DNA from: Elusimicrobiota bacterium
GTDB lineage: Bacteria > CG03 > SLGR01 > JAFGSA01
Assembly: GCA_016934855.1 (NCBI GenBank)
Contig: JAFGSA010000052.1
Span: 6,220-70,219 of the forward strand
Length of the DNA stretch: 64,000 nucleotides
Direction: 5' to 3'
In this document: positions 35,703 to 45,044 of the stretch, in pieces
How positions within the stretch are numbered: position 1 is the stretch's first letter
Layout: each line of letters begins with the position of its first letter
The notes under the pieces: model-generated
Told to the model about the DNA's origin: nothing
The model's input: the letters and a program-made list of their open reading frames with translations, nothing else
The model's database searches: none
Translations under genes and position numbers: made by a program

Positions 35703-37833
35703 TTTTGGCTTCCAGCTCTTTCAGACCTTTTGAAAACCTGCATTTAGGGAAACCCGTGCAGGCCAGAAAGCGGCCCCTCGGGCCCATTCTGATTACCGTG
35801 TCCTTGCCGCATTCAGGGCACTTCTCATATCCCAGGGGGATATTAATTATATAGCCGTCCTGGTCTATCGCGAAAGTCGTTTTACAGGCCGGGTACGCCG
35901 AACAGGCCATGAAGTTCCCGTATCTTCCCTTTTTAATTATGAGCTTTGCGCCGCATTTAGGGCATTTCAAATCGGATTCCCTGTTGGCAACCACGTCGTC
36001 GTTTTTATCAAGAGTATACGTCTGCTTGCATTTAGGATACCCCGAACACGCCATGAATTTCCCGTTCCTGCCCCACCTGATAACCAGCGGGGAGCCGCAT
36101 TTAGGACATTTCTTGCCGGTCGCTTCATCCTTAATTTTCTTCATGTTCTTCATCGCGCTCTGATATTGTATCTTGAACTTTTCGTAGAAATCCTCGAGCA
36201 TTGTCTTCCAGTTTATCCTTCCCTGCGCTATCTCATCGAGATGATTCTCCATTTTGGCCGTGAATTCCCTGTCTATCACTCCTGAAAAATGTTTCTCCAG
36301 GGCTTCCACTACGATAATCCCTATTTCCTGGGGCACCAGTGACCCGCTCTCCCTCGTGATATATTTCCTCCCTACGAGGGTTTTAAGTATGGTGGCGTAT
36401 GTGGACGGGCGGCCGATGCCGTTTTTTTCCAGCTCGCTGATCAGCGTGGCCGAGGTAAACCTTGCAGGCGGCTTTGTCTCGTGCTCTTTATGTTCGAGTT
36501 TTTTCCAGCTGAATGCCGTTCCTTTTGCCAGCATGGGAATGTCGTTTTCGCTGACGCTTGTCTGCCAGACTTTCATATATCCGTCAAATATGATTTTCTG
36601 ACCGTTAGCCCTGAAATTATATTCCCCGCACACGAGATCCAGCTGAACATGATCTATCGAGGCAGGCTTCATCTGCGATGCGATGAAACGCTCCCATATG
36701 AGGCGGTAAAGCCTGTACTGACTGGGAGTCAGGGTGTTTTTCACGTCTTCGGGCAGCCTGAAGGAACTCGTGGGCCGTATACATTCATGAGCTTCCTGGG
36801 CACTTTTTCCGGAACGGTACGTGTTCGGTTTTTCCGGAACATATCTATCCCCTAACTTTAGTCCTATGTACTTTCTGGCACTTTCGACCGCGGATTTTGC
36901 TATAGTAACGGAATCCGTCCTCATATATGTAATCAGTCCGGTGGAAGATCCGTCCGCGAGCTCCACTCCTTCGTATAACTGCTGGGCTATTCTCATGGTC
37001 TTCTCGGGAATGAAGCCGAGCCTGTTAAAAGCATCCTGCTGAAGAGTCGAAGTGATGAACGGCGGCAGCGGCGAGTTTTTCTTTTCTTTCCTGTTTATAT
37101 CGGCAACGGATATCGGTTCGCCGACGCAGGTTCTTATTATTTCTTCGACATGCTGAAGGTTATCCAGCTGGAATTTCTTGAACTTTACGCCGTCTTTTCC
37201 CCATAGCACAACGCCTATATCCTTACCTTCGTGCTCTATCTGTCCCTCTACACTGTAGTACTTCTTAGGCTTGAACTTTTTCCGCTCTTTTTCCCTGTTG
37301 ACTATCATCTCAAGTCCCACGGACTGAACCCTTCCCGCAGAGAGGCCCTTCCTTATCTTCTTCGAGAGCAGCGGAGAGATCTTATACCCGACAATCCTGT
37401 CCAGCAGACGACGGGCCTGCTGCGCATCTACCAGGCTCAGGTCTATCTTCCTGGGTGTTTTGAGAGATTCCAGGATGGCTTCCTCGGTTATTTCGTGGAA
37501 CACTATCCGGTCCACGGCCTCTGACCTGAAATCCATTTCGACAGCCTGCATCAGGTGCCATCCTATGGCCTCGCCCTCGCGGTCTTCGTCCATCGCAAGA
37601 TATATCTTGGGGGACTCCTTTATAAGCTGCTTTATTTCCCTTATTATTTTTTCCTTGCCTTTTATGACTATGTATTCCGGCTTGAAGCCGTTCTCGATAT
37701 CCACACCGAGCCTGTACACAGGAAGATCCATCACATGCCCCATGCTGGAGACGACACGGTAATCGTCACCGAGAAACCTGCTTATTATCTTCGCCTTTGT
37801 AGGAGATTCCACGACTATAAGATTACTACTCAT
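35695..37833 (-). CDS. topA: DNA topoisomerase I with C-terminal zinc ribbons
   Basis: TOPRIM N-terminus, the catalytic Tyr region (TYMRTDS), and three C4 zinc-ribbon repeats at the C-terminus. Confidence 0.95.
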   Translation of the reverse strand: MSSNLIVVESPTKAKIISRFLGDDYRVVSSMGHVMDLPVYRLGVDIENGFKPEYIVIKGKEKIIREIKQLIKESPKIYLAMDEDREGEAIGWHLMQAVEMDFRSEAVDRIVFHEITEEAILESLKTPRKIDLSLVDAQQARRLLDRIVGYKISPLLSKKIRKGLSAGRVQSVGLEMIVNREKERKKFKPKKYYSVEGQIEHEGKDIGVVLWGKDGVKFKKFQLDNLQHVEEIIRTCVGEPISVADINRKEKKNSPLPPFITSTLQQDAFNRLGFIPEKTMRIAQQLYEGVELADGSSTGLITYMRTDSVTIAKSAVESARKYIGLKLGDRYVPEKPNTYRSGKSAQEAHECIRPTSSFRLPEDVKNTLTPSQYRLYRLIWERFIASQMKPASIDHVQLDLVCGEYNFRANGQKIIFDGYMKVWQTSVSENDIPMLAKGTAFSWKKLEHKEHETKPPARFTSATLISELEKNGIGRPSTYATILKTLVGRKYITRESGSLVPQEIGIIVVEALEKHFSGVIDREFTAKMENHLDEIAQGRINWKTMLEDFYEKFKIQYQSAMKNMKKIKDEATGKKCPKCGSPLVIRWGRNGKFMACSGYPKCKQTYTLDKNDDVVANRESDLKCPKCGAKLIIKKGRYGNFMACSAYPACKTTFAIDQDGYIINIPLGYEKCPECGKDTVIRMGPRGRFLACTGFPKCRFSKGLKELEAKNG

Positions 37834-38936
37834 GATTGATTCTTTATATACCTCTTTCCACCTACCTGGGTGACCCTGCCGATCATCTCGAGATAAGTTA
37901 GTTCGCGCATTACTGCGTTTATATCAGTTTTGGTTTCCTGGACTATCCTGTCTATGTGGACAGGCTCTGTTTCCAGGAACCGCAGGATATCCCTTCCTAT
38001 ACGGGACACTTTTTCATTCTCAAAAACCGTTTCTCTCTCTTTTAACAGATCCGTATTAAAAAGATGCATGAGATCTTCCATAACCTCTTCCGGGTCGCTA
38101 AGCGCCATGGCACCCTTTTTTATGAGTTCGATACAGCCGCCGCTGTTTTGAGAAAACACATTTCCGGGAACTGCATATACCGACCTGTTCTGTTCCGCCG
38201 CGTGATAAGCAGTTATCATCGCGCCGCTTTTTACCGGCGCTTCCACTATCACGGTACCGAGAGATATACCGCTGATAACACGGTTTCTCAGCGGGAAATT
38301 ATGCCTGTACGGTTCCGTATCCGGATGGAACTCGCTCACCACAGCGCCGCTTTCAGATATTCTTTCCATCAGCAACCTGTTCTCCGCAGGGTATCTATGG
38401 TCCAATCCGCTGCCCAGAACCGCGATCGTCCTCCCGCCTGTATCAAGCGCCCCGCTGTGTGCGGTCGCATCTATCCCCAATGCGCATCCCGAAACGACGG
38501 TTATATTGTTAGCCGCCAGTTTCCTGGCTATCATCGCGGCGACTTTCCTGCCGTAATCGCTCTGTTTTCTTGTCCCTACTACTGCTACCGAATTATAATC
38601 TGAAGCCAGGATCTCGCCGTCGCAATAAAGCATCATGGGCGGATCGTGTATTTCCGAAAGGAGCGCGGGATAATCCTCGTCTCCGTAAAGGTACAGTCTG
38701 TATCCGCTTTTTTCTATTCTCTTTAACCAGTCATCCACGCCTTGGGCGGGACTGTTCTTTATCCCGGCCAGTCTGGAAGCCGTGTCCCTGTCAATACCGG
38801 CAATACCTGCTATCTCGTCGCCGGAAGCTCTCATCACCCCGTTAACATCGCCTAAATGATCCAGCAGCTTCTTGACTGCAGAATTACCGACGCCATCTAA
38901 TGCCAGCATACTGAAAAGAACCGACCTTTTATCCAT
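37830..38936 (-). CDS. dprA: DNA-processing protein DprA (Smf)
   Basis: Rossmann-like DprA core (VVSGCALGIDATAHSGAL...IAVLGSGLD) and a C-terminal winged-helix. Confidence 0.9.
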   Translation of the reverse strand: MDKRSVLFSMLALDGVGNSAVKKLLDHLGDVNGVMRASGDEIAGIAGIDRDTASRLAGIKNSPAQGVDDWLKRIEKSGYRLYLYGDEDYPALLSEIHDPPMMLYCDGEILASDYNSVAVVGTRKQSDYGRKVAAMIARKLAANNITVVSGCALGIDATAHSGALDTGGRTIAVLGSGLDHRYPAENRLLMERISESGAVVSEFHPDTEPYRHNFPLRNRVISGISLGTVIVEAPVKSGAMITAYHAAEQNRSVYAVPGNVFSQNSGGCIELIKKGAMALSDPEEVMEDLMHLFNTDLLKERETVFENEKVSRIGRDILRFLETEPVHIDRIVQETKTDINAVMRELTYLEMIGRVTQVGGKRYIKNQS

Positions 38937-39094
38937 ATTTCATTAATAGATAGTTTTTTAGGAGCGTTTTGTCAAGGACTGGTTTTCCAGGCAAAAGCCT
39001 GTATACCCGGCATGAATCGCCTGGCAGGCAGGGCCGTACCGGGCCGCGGGACGCCCCGAAATACCTGCGTCTATGAGGCGGCGCGCCTCATGTA

Positions 39095-39481
39095 CTAGAG
39101 AAGTTCATCCTCTATTTCAGGGGGCCGGTTTATGACCGAGGGACTCTTTTTGGCACTTTTCTTCGGAATGTCTTTTCTCTCTTCTCCCGCGAAAAGGCTT
39201 TTTCTCCCGGCAATCAATTTCTGTATGACCTTTTCGTCATTGAGTAATTCTTCGAGGCTCGCCGGCACTCTGCCCGAGGCGAGCATGAGCCTTTCGGGAG
39301 TTATATCCAGAGCGCGGGCTATCCTGGCCAGTTCTTTTTCCCCGCCCGGCGGGTTTCTCTTTCCGCTGAGTATCTTGGAAAGGAACGAGACATCGAATTT
39401 GCTCTTTCTTGCCAGTTCCCGCAGGCTTATATCCTTATATTCCAGTGCTTCCCTGATCAGCTGGTTGAATCTCTTTTTCAT
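39095..39481 (-). CDS. XRE-family helix-turn-helix DNA-binding protein
   Basis: ISLRELARKSKFDVSFLSKILSGKRNP is an HTH_XRE pattern. Confidence 0.7.
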   Translation of the reverse strand: MKKRFNQLIREALEYKDISLRELARKSKFDVSFLSKILSGKRNPPGGEKELARIARALDITPERLMLASGRVPASLEELLNDEKVIQKLIAGRKSLFAGEERKDIPKKSAKKSPSVINRPPEIEDELL

Positions 39482-39496
39482 TCCCTTTTCATATCC

Positions 39497-39883
39497 TCAG
39501 TTATATTTCTTCAGGAGATATATCTTCTTATCTATCTCCTTGTTTGCGCCGGAATCGGGAAATTCCCCCATATATGCATTCCCCCTTTCTATAACATACT
39601 CGCTGCCGTAGAACTGGACAGCGACCTTGTAGTAACTGTAATAAGCAGGCTCGAAATATTCTGAATCATAATAGTCCTTTATTATTTTTTCGAATGCTTC
39701 GTCGGCCTTTTCCGGGCTCTGGAAAAAAAAGAACAGACTGCCCAGATAATAAAAGGCCTTGGGTGCCCAGGAGGCTTCCTGGTGAGCATTTATGAATTCG
39801 TAACATTTGCCGCTCCTGATGAAATCAACGGAAAAAAACAGCAGCAGGCCTGTTACTACGATGATTATTATGATCTTATTCAT
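39497..39883 (-). CDS. hypothetical small membrane/secreted protein
   Basis: 128 aa with an N-terminal TM/signal segment. Confidence 0.45.
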   Translation of the reverse strand: MNKIIIIIVVTGLLLFFSVDFIRSGKCYEFINAHQEASWAPKAFYYLGSLFFFFQSPEKADEAFEKIIKDYYDSEYFEPAYYSYYKVAVQFYGSEYVIERGNAYMGEFPDSGANKEIDKKIYLLKKYN

Positions 39884-39908
39884 GAAGCATGGTATATATG
39901 GATATATA

Positions 39909-40640
39909 CTATTCTTCCTTGAATAACAGCAGGTCTCCTTTTACTACGGGGCGGTCGCAGTAGATTATCTTCGCAGTCGCGGAATAGTCTTCGATATCCG
40001 AGGTTACTATTATCTCCCCGATTTTTTCCGTGATATTGCCCATCATCTCTCCGCTGTAAGGATGGACAACAGGCTGGGACCTGTGATATATGTTCATCCT
40101 CATGTCTTTCTCCAGCCCGTCCTCAAGCCCTATGTCTATGAACACATAGTCACCCTGGCTGTAAAGCGCCCGATTTACCTTAAAACCGGATATCGCCGCC
40201 GAAAACTCGAAATCCGGAGGCGCTAGGAAGTCCCCGTATTTCCGGGTCTCCTCGACGGTCTCTTCTTCGGGTTCCGGCTTTACCTCTTCGGGAAGCCTGT
40301 CTACTACTCTGGGCAGTATTATCTTGTCTCCGGGAAATATCCAGTGAGGATCCTTTACATATTTATTGTATCTATATATTACCTTCCACAGATCCTTATC
40401 CCCGTATTCTCTTGACGCTATTTTAACGAAATAATCCCCGGGCTTAACCGTATAGACATCCAGCACAACCTCTTTACCCTCTGGTACGGACAGTTCCTTT
40501 TCCTGGACCGTAACGACGGGGATACTGGGTTCGGGCGGCAGCTTGTCCATGTCATCCTGTGCTACGGCGATACTCAGTGACACAAACACCGGGACGACGC
40601 CTAAAAATAAAAATTTTCTCAGCATATCTTCTCCTTGCAT
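39909..40640 (-). CDS. secreted LysM-domain protein
   Basis: Signal peptide plus a LysM motif (YTVKPGDYFVKIASREYGDKDLWKVIYRYN...GDKIILP). Confidence 0.75.
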   Translation of the reverse strand: MQGEDMLRKFLFLGVVPVFVSLSIAVAQDDMDKLPPEPSIPVVTVQEKELSVPEGKEVVLDVYTVKPGDYFVKIASREYGDKDLWKVIYRYNKYVKDPHWIFPGDKIILPRVVDRLPEEVKPEPEEETVEETRKYGDFLAPPDFEFSAAISGFKVNRALYSQGDYVFIDIGLEDGLEKDMRMNIYHRSQPVVHPYSGEMMGNITEKIGEIIVTSDIEDYSATAKIIYCDRPVVKGDLLLFKEE

Positions 40641-40655
40641 GTTCTTACGCGGTTA

Positions 40656-41291
40656 TTAAACAGTATAATCTTTACTAATTATAATATCTGCTTCGTTTTT
40701 TTGCAATGAAATAACCTCATGCTCTATTTTAAGTATCCTTTCTGTATACTCGTCCAGCCTGTCCCTCGCCCTTTCCTTCCTGTGCTCAAGCGTATCCATG
40801 AACGTGCGGTCGATAAATACTTTTATGTCGGCATTCTTCAGTGCCGTCGTATATGTACCCTCAGCCAGTATTATGCTTATCCCTGCGAGGTCCAGTTCCT
40901 CCTCGAGGACGGCATTGTTATCATAATCGATAAGAGGCTTCTTCAGGGTGACCGAGTCTTTTTTCTTTGCCTCTTTTATATGCTCGTCCAGGAGTCCGAG
41001 CCTTACTTCGTGCATGCCTACGTTGCCGATATCCTGCCTTCGCGCTTCATCATTGCTGCGCGGCGGCCTTATAAAATAATCATCCTGGTGCAGGGTGACC
41101 GATCTAAATCCGTTTTTTTCGTAGAATATCCTGCCGATTTCATGCGCGATCTCGGATTTGCCGCTTCCCGACTCGCCCGCGACCGTTATCGCGGTGCGGC
41201 TGCCGCCTGTGACTTTCTGCTTTATCTTTTCATATACTCCGGCCGCTGCGTCCGTGTGGTGTTTTTTTACGACTATCTTGTCTCCCAGCAT
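40656..41291 (-). CDS. P-loop nucleoside/nucleotide kinase (uridine kinase / phosphoribulokinase family)
   Basis: Walker A GESGSGKSEIAH, PRK/URK-like length, and DEY-type motifs. Confidence 0.55.
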   Translation of the reverse strand: MLGDKIVVKKHHTDAAAGVYEKIKQKVTGGSRTAITVAGESGSGKSEIAHEIGRIFYEKNGFRSVTLHQDDYFIRPPRSNDEARRQDIGNVGMHEVRLGLLDEHIKEAKKKDSVTLKKPLIDYDNNAVLEEELDLAGISIILAEGTYTTALKNADIKVFIDRTFMDTLEHRKERARDRLDEYTERILKIEHEVISLQKNEADIIISKDYTV

Positions 41292-41292
41292 A

Positions 41293-42819
41293 TCATTCCT
41301 CCATCAGGTAATATCTTCTTCTCAGTTCCTTTAGAATTTCCCTGTCGTCAGAACCGGCGGGATCCATAAAATATCCGGGGATAGGATAATCTTTCTTGTC
41401 GGAGAATCCTTTTCTGACGACCTTGCTGAGCAGCTTTCCGTATCCTTGCGCCGCCGCGGCCCATGTATACTGTTCTTTCACCCTCTCCATGCCCTTGAGC
41501 GAATATCTGTCCCAGTTCTTGTCGCGGAGCATCTTCTTTATACCGCCGCTGATCGAATAATGATCCGTCGGCTCTATGAGAACCCCGTACTCGTCATCCT
41601 GTATTATCTCCAGGGGGCCCCCGTGCTTGGTTCCGATTACAGGCAGGCCTGATGCCATAGCCTCGACTATTGTGAGGCCGAAGGGTTCATGGAGCGCCGG
41701 ATTTATGAAAACCCATCTGCTTCTCGCCGCGTACCTGTATATAAAGGGCAGTTCCGAAATGTGATCGAACCCGGGGAGAAAACAGACCTTGCCTTCCAGC
41801 TTATATGCCGCGATCGCGGATTTTATCTCGTCTATTATGTGTTTCTTTGAATCATCGAACCTGTGACGGTTATTATCATTGAGCGGATCATCCACGTTAC
41901 CCGCGACTATCAGGAGGTTCATCCTGCTCCTCAGGGTCTCGCTCTTGGCATATGCCTTGAGCAGGCCGTTCGGATTTTTTTTCGCAGCAAACCTTGCCGC
42001 GGAAAAGATAAAAGGCATATGCATCCTCTTCCTGGATATGCTGTTCGACAATCCGGCCATGAGTTTCGCCACCGCATTTTCGTATGCCGCGGCATCTCTT
42101 TCAGGCAGTGTATACGGGAAAAAATTCTTCGGGTCTATACCCGGCGGGATTATATTGAATTTTTTCTTACTGCCCGCCGCCCTTATATATACCCTGTGCC
42201 CATACTGCTTCTTTACCTCCTGCGCTGTAGAAGTTACGACAGCGCTGGCATTCCTCAATGCCAGCCGCTCGGCTATTACCCTGAGATGAAAATTATACCT
42301 GCTGTTTACATGGGCGAAATTCGCTCTTGATAGATTTAGATTATCCATTTTTTTCCCGCCCAGCGAATGCCCGGTGAATGTAAAAGGTATCCCCATCTTC
42401 TTCTTGAGTATCACCGCGGCAAGACCTCCGTCGGCATAATGGCCGGTAAAGACATCGGGCTTGGATCCCTGTTCTTCATAGAACTTTTCTATACCTGCCG
42501 CGAATTCATGTATTATCGGCCAAAGTTCCTCTTTTTTCACGAACTTTTCCACGGGTCCGCATTTTATCCTCACGATCCTGAGATTGGGAGAATACTCCTC
42601 TATCTCCCTGTCGTACCCGGGCCAGTCGGGATCGCTGAAATACCTGGTGAAGAGATCGATCCTGAACCCTAATTTCTCAAGTGCTTTGCTGAGTTCTATT
42701 ATATATACTATTTGTCCGCCGGTATCGGGATGCGCTGCTATTTGTAGGTTTTTCCATCTGACGTGCCCCTGGGGGTTCAATAAACCTATAACTAGTTTTT
42801 TGTCTATATCTGGAGTCAT
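41293..42819 (-). CDS. GT-B glycosyltransferase, sucrose-phosphate synthase-like (family GT4)
   Basis: The PDTGGQIVYI motif typical of SPS/sucrose-synthase glycosyltransferases, and a C-terminal EPFGLTIVEAMASGLPV GT4 motif. Confidence 0.7.
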   Translation of the reverse strand: MTPDIDKKLVIGLLNPQGHVRWKNLQIAAHPDTGGQIVYIIELSKALEKLGFRIDLFTRYFSDPDWPGYDREIEEYSPNLRIVRIKCGPVEKFVKKEELWPIIHEFAAGIEKFYEEQGSKPDVFTGHYADGGLAAVILKKKMGIPFTFTGHSLGGKKMDNLNLSRANFAHVNSRYNFHLRVIAERLALRNASAVVTSTAQEVKKQYGHRVYIRAAGSKKKFNIIPPGIDPKNFFPYTLPERDAAAYENAVAKLMAGLSNSISRKRMHMPFIFSAARFAAKKNPNGLLKAYAKSETLRSRMNLLIVAGNVDDPLNDNNRHRFDDSKKHIIDEIKSAIAAYKLEGKVCFLPGFDHISELPFIYRYAARSRWVFINPALHEPFGLTIVEAMASGLPVIGTKHGGPLEIIQDDEYGVLIEPTDHYSISGGIKKMLRDKNWDRYSLKGMERVKEQYTWAAAAQGYGKLLSKVVRKGFSDKKDYPIPGYFMDPAGSDDREILKELRRRYYLMEE

Positions 42820-42912
42820 TATACTGGAACAAGAAAATTATAGCTTATATGGAATATAATTTCAAACAGAACGCGGAAGGGATAATGCGCGGTTCTTTAG
42901 AATAGAAGACCT

Positions 42913-43692
42913 TTAATATGTATCGCCGGCTATGTCATCCGGGTTTACCCAGCCCGTCGGCGGTTTTCCGCACATCTGCGTAATCTGGTCGAGCGTCATA
43001 ACCTGGAACCCGGATTCGCCGTTCCAGCCTGTCGTAGTCATGAAAAGCGGATTGCCCTGGTCATCCAGCCCGTAGAATATCGCTACATGGCCGTATGCAT
43101 CGTTTCCCGTCCTGCCAGCGTTATCGTCCATAGAGGTAGTATCCCAGAAAACGACCGCGCCCGGAGGCACCTGGGACCAGTCGATCCCTCCGGGAGGTAT
43201 CTCGTTTATAACACCCTCTTTCAGAAGGAACTGATACGCGGCGTGCGCGGAATGGTATTTATTAAGCCTTTCCCCGAAATCCAGTATACCGCCGTCCCTC
43301 AAAACCTGCTTTACCCAACCCCAGCAGAGATTATCATATTCGGAACCGCTGCTTTTGTCCATCCACGCCTCTGCGGCGGCGACTACGGCAGGCCCGGTTT
43401 CAGACGTTGACGAACCAGGCTGCGGCTGCGGCGGTCCGGATGGGACGGTCGGTTCAGCGGGAGCTTCCGGCTGCGGAAGCGGTGATTGAGGCGGGGCCGG
43501 CTGCACTCCCCCATTCTTAGTGCCCGCTAATCCTGAGGTGTCAATGCCGAAGGAGGCCGGAGAGCCGAACGCTGCGCCCTGATAACCGGTAGGCATACCG
43601 GTTTGTGTCCTTATCCTCTCCTCCCCCACGAGAGGAAATCCCGCGGAATTCAAAAACAATATGATACTGACTGACAGTAACAGCGTTTTCAT
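42913..43692 (-). CDS. secreted CHAP-domain (Cys/His amidase-peptidase) protein with a Pro-rich linker
   Basis: Signal peptide, a PQP-rich linker, and the CWGWVKQ...GHVAIF CHAP signature. Confidence 0.65.
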   Translation of the reverse strand: MKTLLLSVSIILFLNSAGFPLVGEERIRTQTGMPTGYQGAAFGSPASFGIDTSGLAGTKNGGVQPAPPQSPLPQPEAPAEPTVPSGPPQPQPGSSTSETGPAVVAAAEAWMDKSSGSEYDNLCWGWVKQVLRDGGILDFGERLNKYHSAHAAYQFLLKEGVINEIPPGGIDWSQVPPGAVVFWDTTSMDDNAGRTGNDAYGHVAIFYGLDDQGNPLFMTTTGWNGESGFQVMTLDQITQMCGKPPTGWVNPDDIAGDTY

Positions 43693-43807
43693 ATTATCAT
43701 ACCCGTATAATTTATCTCTTCAATATAATTATACCGGGGTCATGTGACCTATATATGAAAATACTGTGAAATTTCGGTAAAATCTCGTTTAGATCCGGGA
43801 AAACCAG

Positions 43808-44176
43808 CTACGCTTTTTCCAGGTTTATCCTATCGCCGTTCTTCAGTTTCTTCAATCCGGCGAAGCTTCCCTTCACCCGCCCTATGGGAGTCACTGCCGA
43901 AACGGGCCTTATCTCTTCGTCTGTAGATACCGGTGTCCTGCCGAAAAAGATGCAGAAGGCGTTTCCGTCAGGCCAGTACGCCATGTCGCCTTCAGAGACG
44001 GTCTCTGCGCCGTTTTCCAGGCCCTCGTATACCGGTACAGGGAAATACACCTCCTCTCCCCAGATATCGGCGACCGCCGATAAGGGCAGGATCTTATAAA
44101 TCTTGTCCGCGGTCTTTGATCCGTTCAGCTCCGCTTCCAGCTCGAATAAGCCGGTTATTATCTTTATCCTTTTCAT
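43808..44176 (-). CDS. cyclophilin-like fold protein (PF04126-like)
   Basis: 122 aa resembling small cyclophilin-like proteins (ADIWGEEVYF...GDMAYWPDGNAFCIFFG). Confidence 0.55.
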   Translation of the reverse strand: MKRIKIITGLFELEAELNGSKTADKIYKILPLSAVADIWGEEVYFPVPVYEGLENGAETVSEGDMAYWPDGNAFCIFFGRTPVSTDEEIRPVSAVTPIGRVKGSFAGLKKLKNGDRINLEKA

Positions 44177-44327
44177 CCCGCATCCTTTCTTTAAATGTTC
44201 TTTGCTTCGCGCCCTTCATCGTAATTCATAACGCTGAAAAACGATTGACATGTAATTGTAAATTTGATAGCATTGCCTAATTTGTATTTTAATCATCCGG
44301 TTAACTTTACTTATTCTTCAAAAAAGT

Positions 44328-45044
44328 ATGTTTACATTTACTGTAACAAAATTTGATTCTAAATTAAACCTTAAGAATTCCTGCAGGCTGGAGCTGATCG
44401 AGACCTTCGATACCGCATGTCTTCTGAATAACAGCGGTAACTTCCTGACCCTTCTTGCGGACAACCGTTCCGGCGTACCGGAATCCATAAATATAAAATG
44501 CGACTGTTTTAGAAAAGGATTCAAACTTCCCGAGAAATACAGGTTCGATTTTTCCGACTCGAAGGCCTGGAGTTCGGATATAAAATGCAAGATATTCAAA
44601 CCCAGGAAAAAAGTCATCAACCTTATAGAAAAACATGTAAAAAAGAAGAAAAATAAGATCCGCTCGCTGAAAAAGCTGGAAGACCTGATAACCAAAGCCA
44701 GTCTGCGCGACATCATAGGAATGGGACGCGGGCTGACGCCCTCGGGTGATGATTTTCTTGTAGGCTCTCTTAATACTACTGCCGCTTTTTCCAAAAAGCT
44801 ATTCAAAAAACTCAGTTCGGAAATATCTCCGGGGATAGAGAAAACCACATCGCTCAGCAGGCATTTTCTTGAACTGGCGCTGAAAAAGCGCGCGGGAGAA
44901 GATATAATAAGCCTGCTGAAGGCAATAGCCGCCGGCAACGAAAAGAACATAGACAAATACTCCGAAAACATATTGAACATCGGCGCCACCAGCGGCTACT
45001 ACACGTTAAGAGGCATAGCTTGGGCTTTAAAAAAAATATTATAA
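44328..45044 (+). CDS. DUF2877/YlbF-like protein (partner of FdrA and DUF1116)
   Basis: Plus-strand ORF directly upstream of and overlapping fdrA. Gly-rich GMGRGLTPSGDDFLVG. It was preferred over the antisense 44318-44989 ORF. Confidence 0.55.
   Translation: MFTFTVTKFDSKLNLKNSCRLELIETFDTACLLNNSGNFLTLLADNRSGVPESINIKCDCFRKGFKLPEKYRFDFSDSKAWSSDIKCKIFKPRKKVINLIEKHVKKKKNKIRSLKKLEDLITKASLRDIIGMGRGLTPSGDDFLVGSLNTTAAFSKKLFKKLSSEISPGIEKTTSLSRHFLELALKKRAGEDIISLLKAIAAGNEKNIDKYSENILNIGATSGYYTLRGIAWALKKIL

Noticed and set aside
39074-39090. Perfect GC-rich palindrome TGAGGCGgcgCGCCTCA just downstream of the HTH gene, possibly a terminator
   Set aside because: It is not followed by a U-tract on the transcribed strand. 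It could be a protein-binding site or a fortuitous AscI-like palindrome, so it was not annotated as a feature.
44318-44989. 223-aa minus-strand ORF antisense to the DUF2877-like gene
   Set aside because: The protein is phenylalanine/serine-rich low complexity. The plus-strand ORF has a coherent Gly-rich motif and the expected coupling to fdrA.
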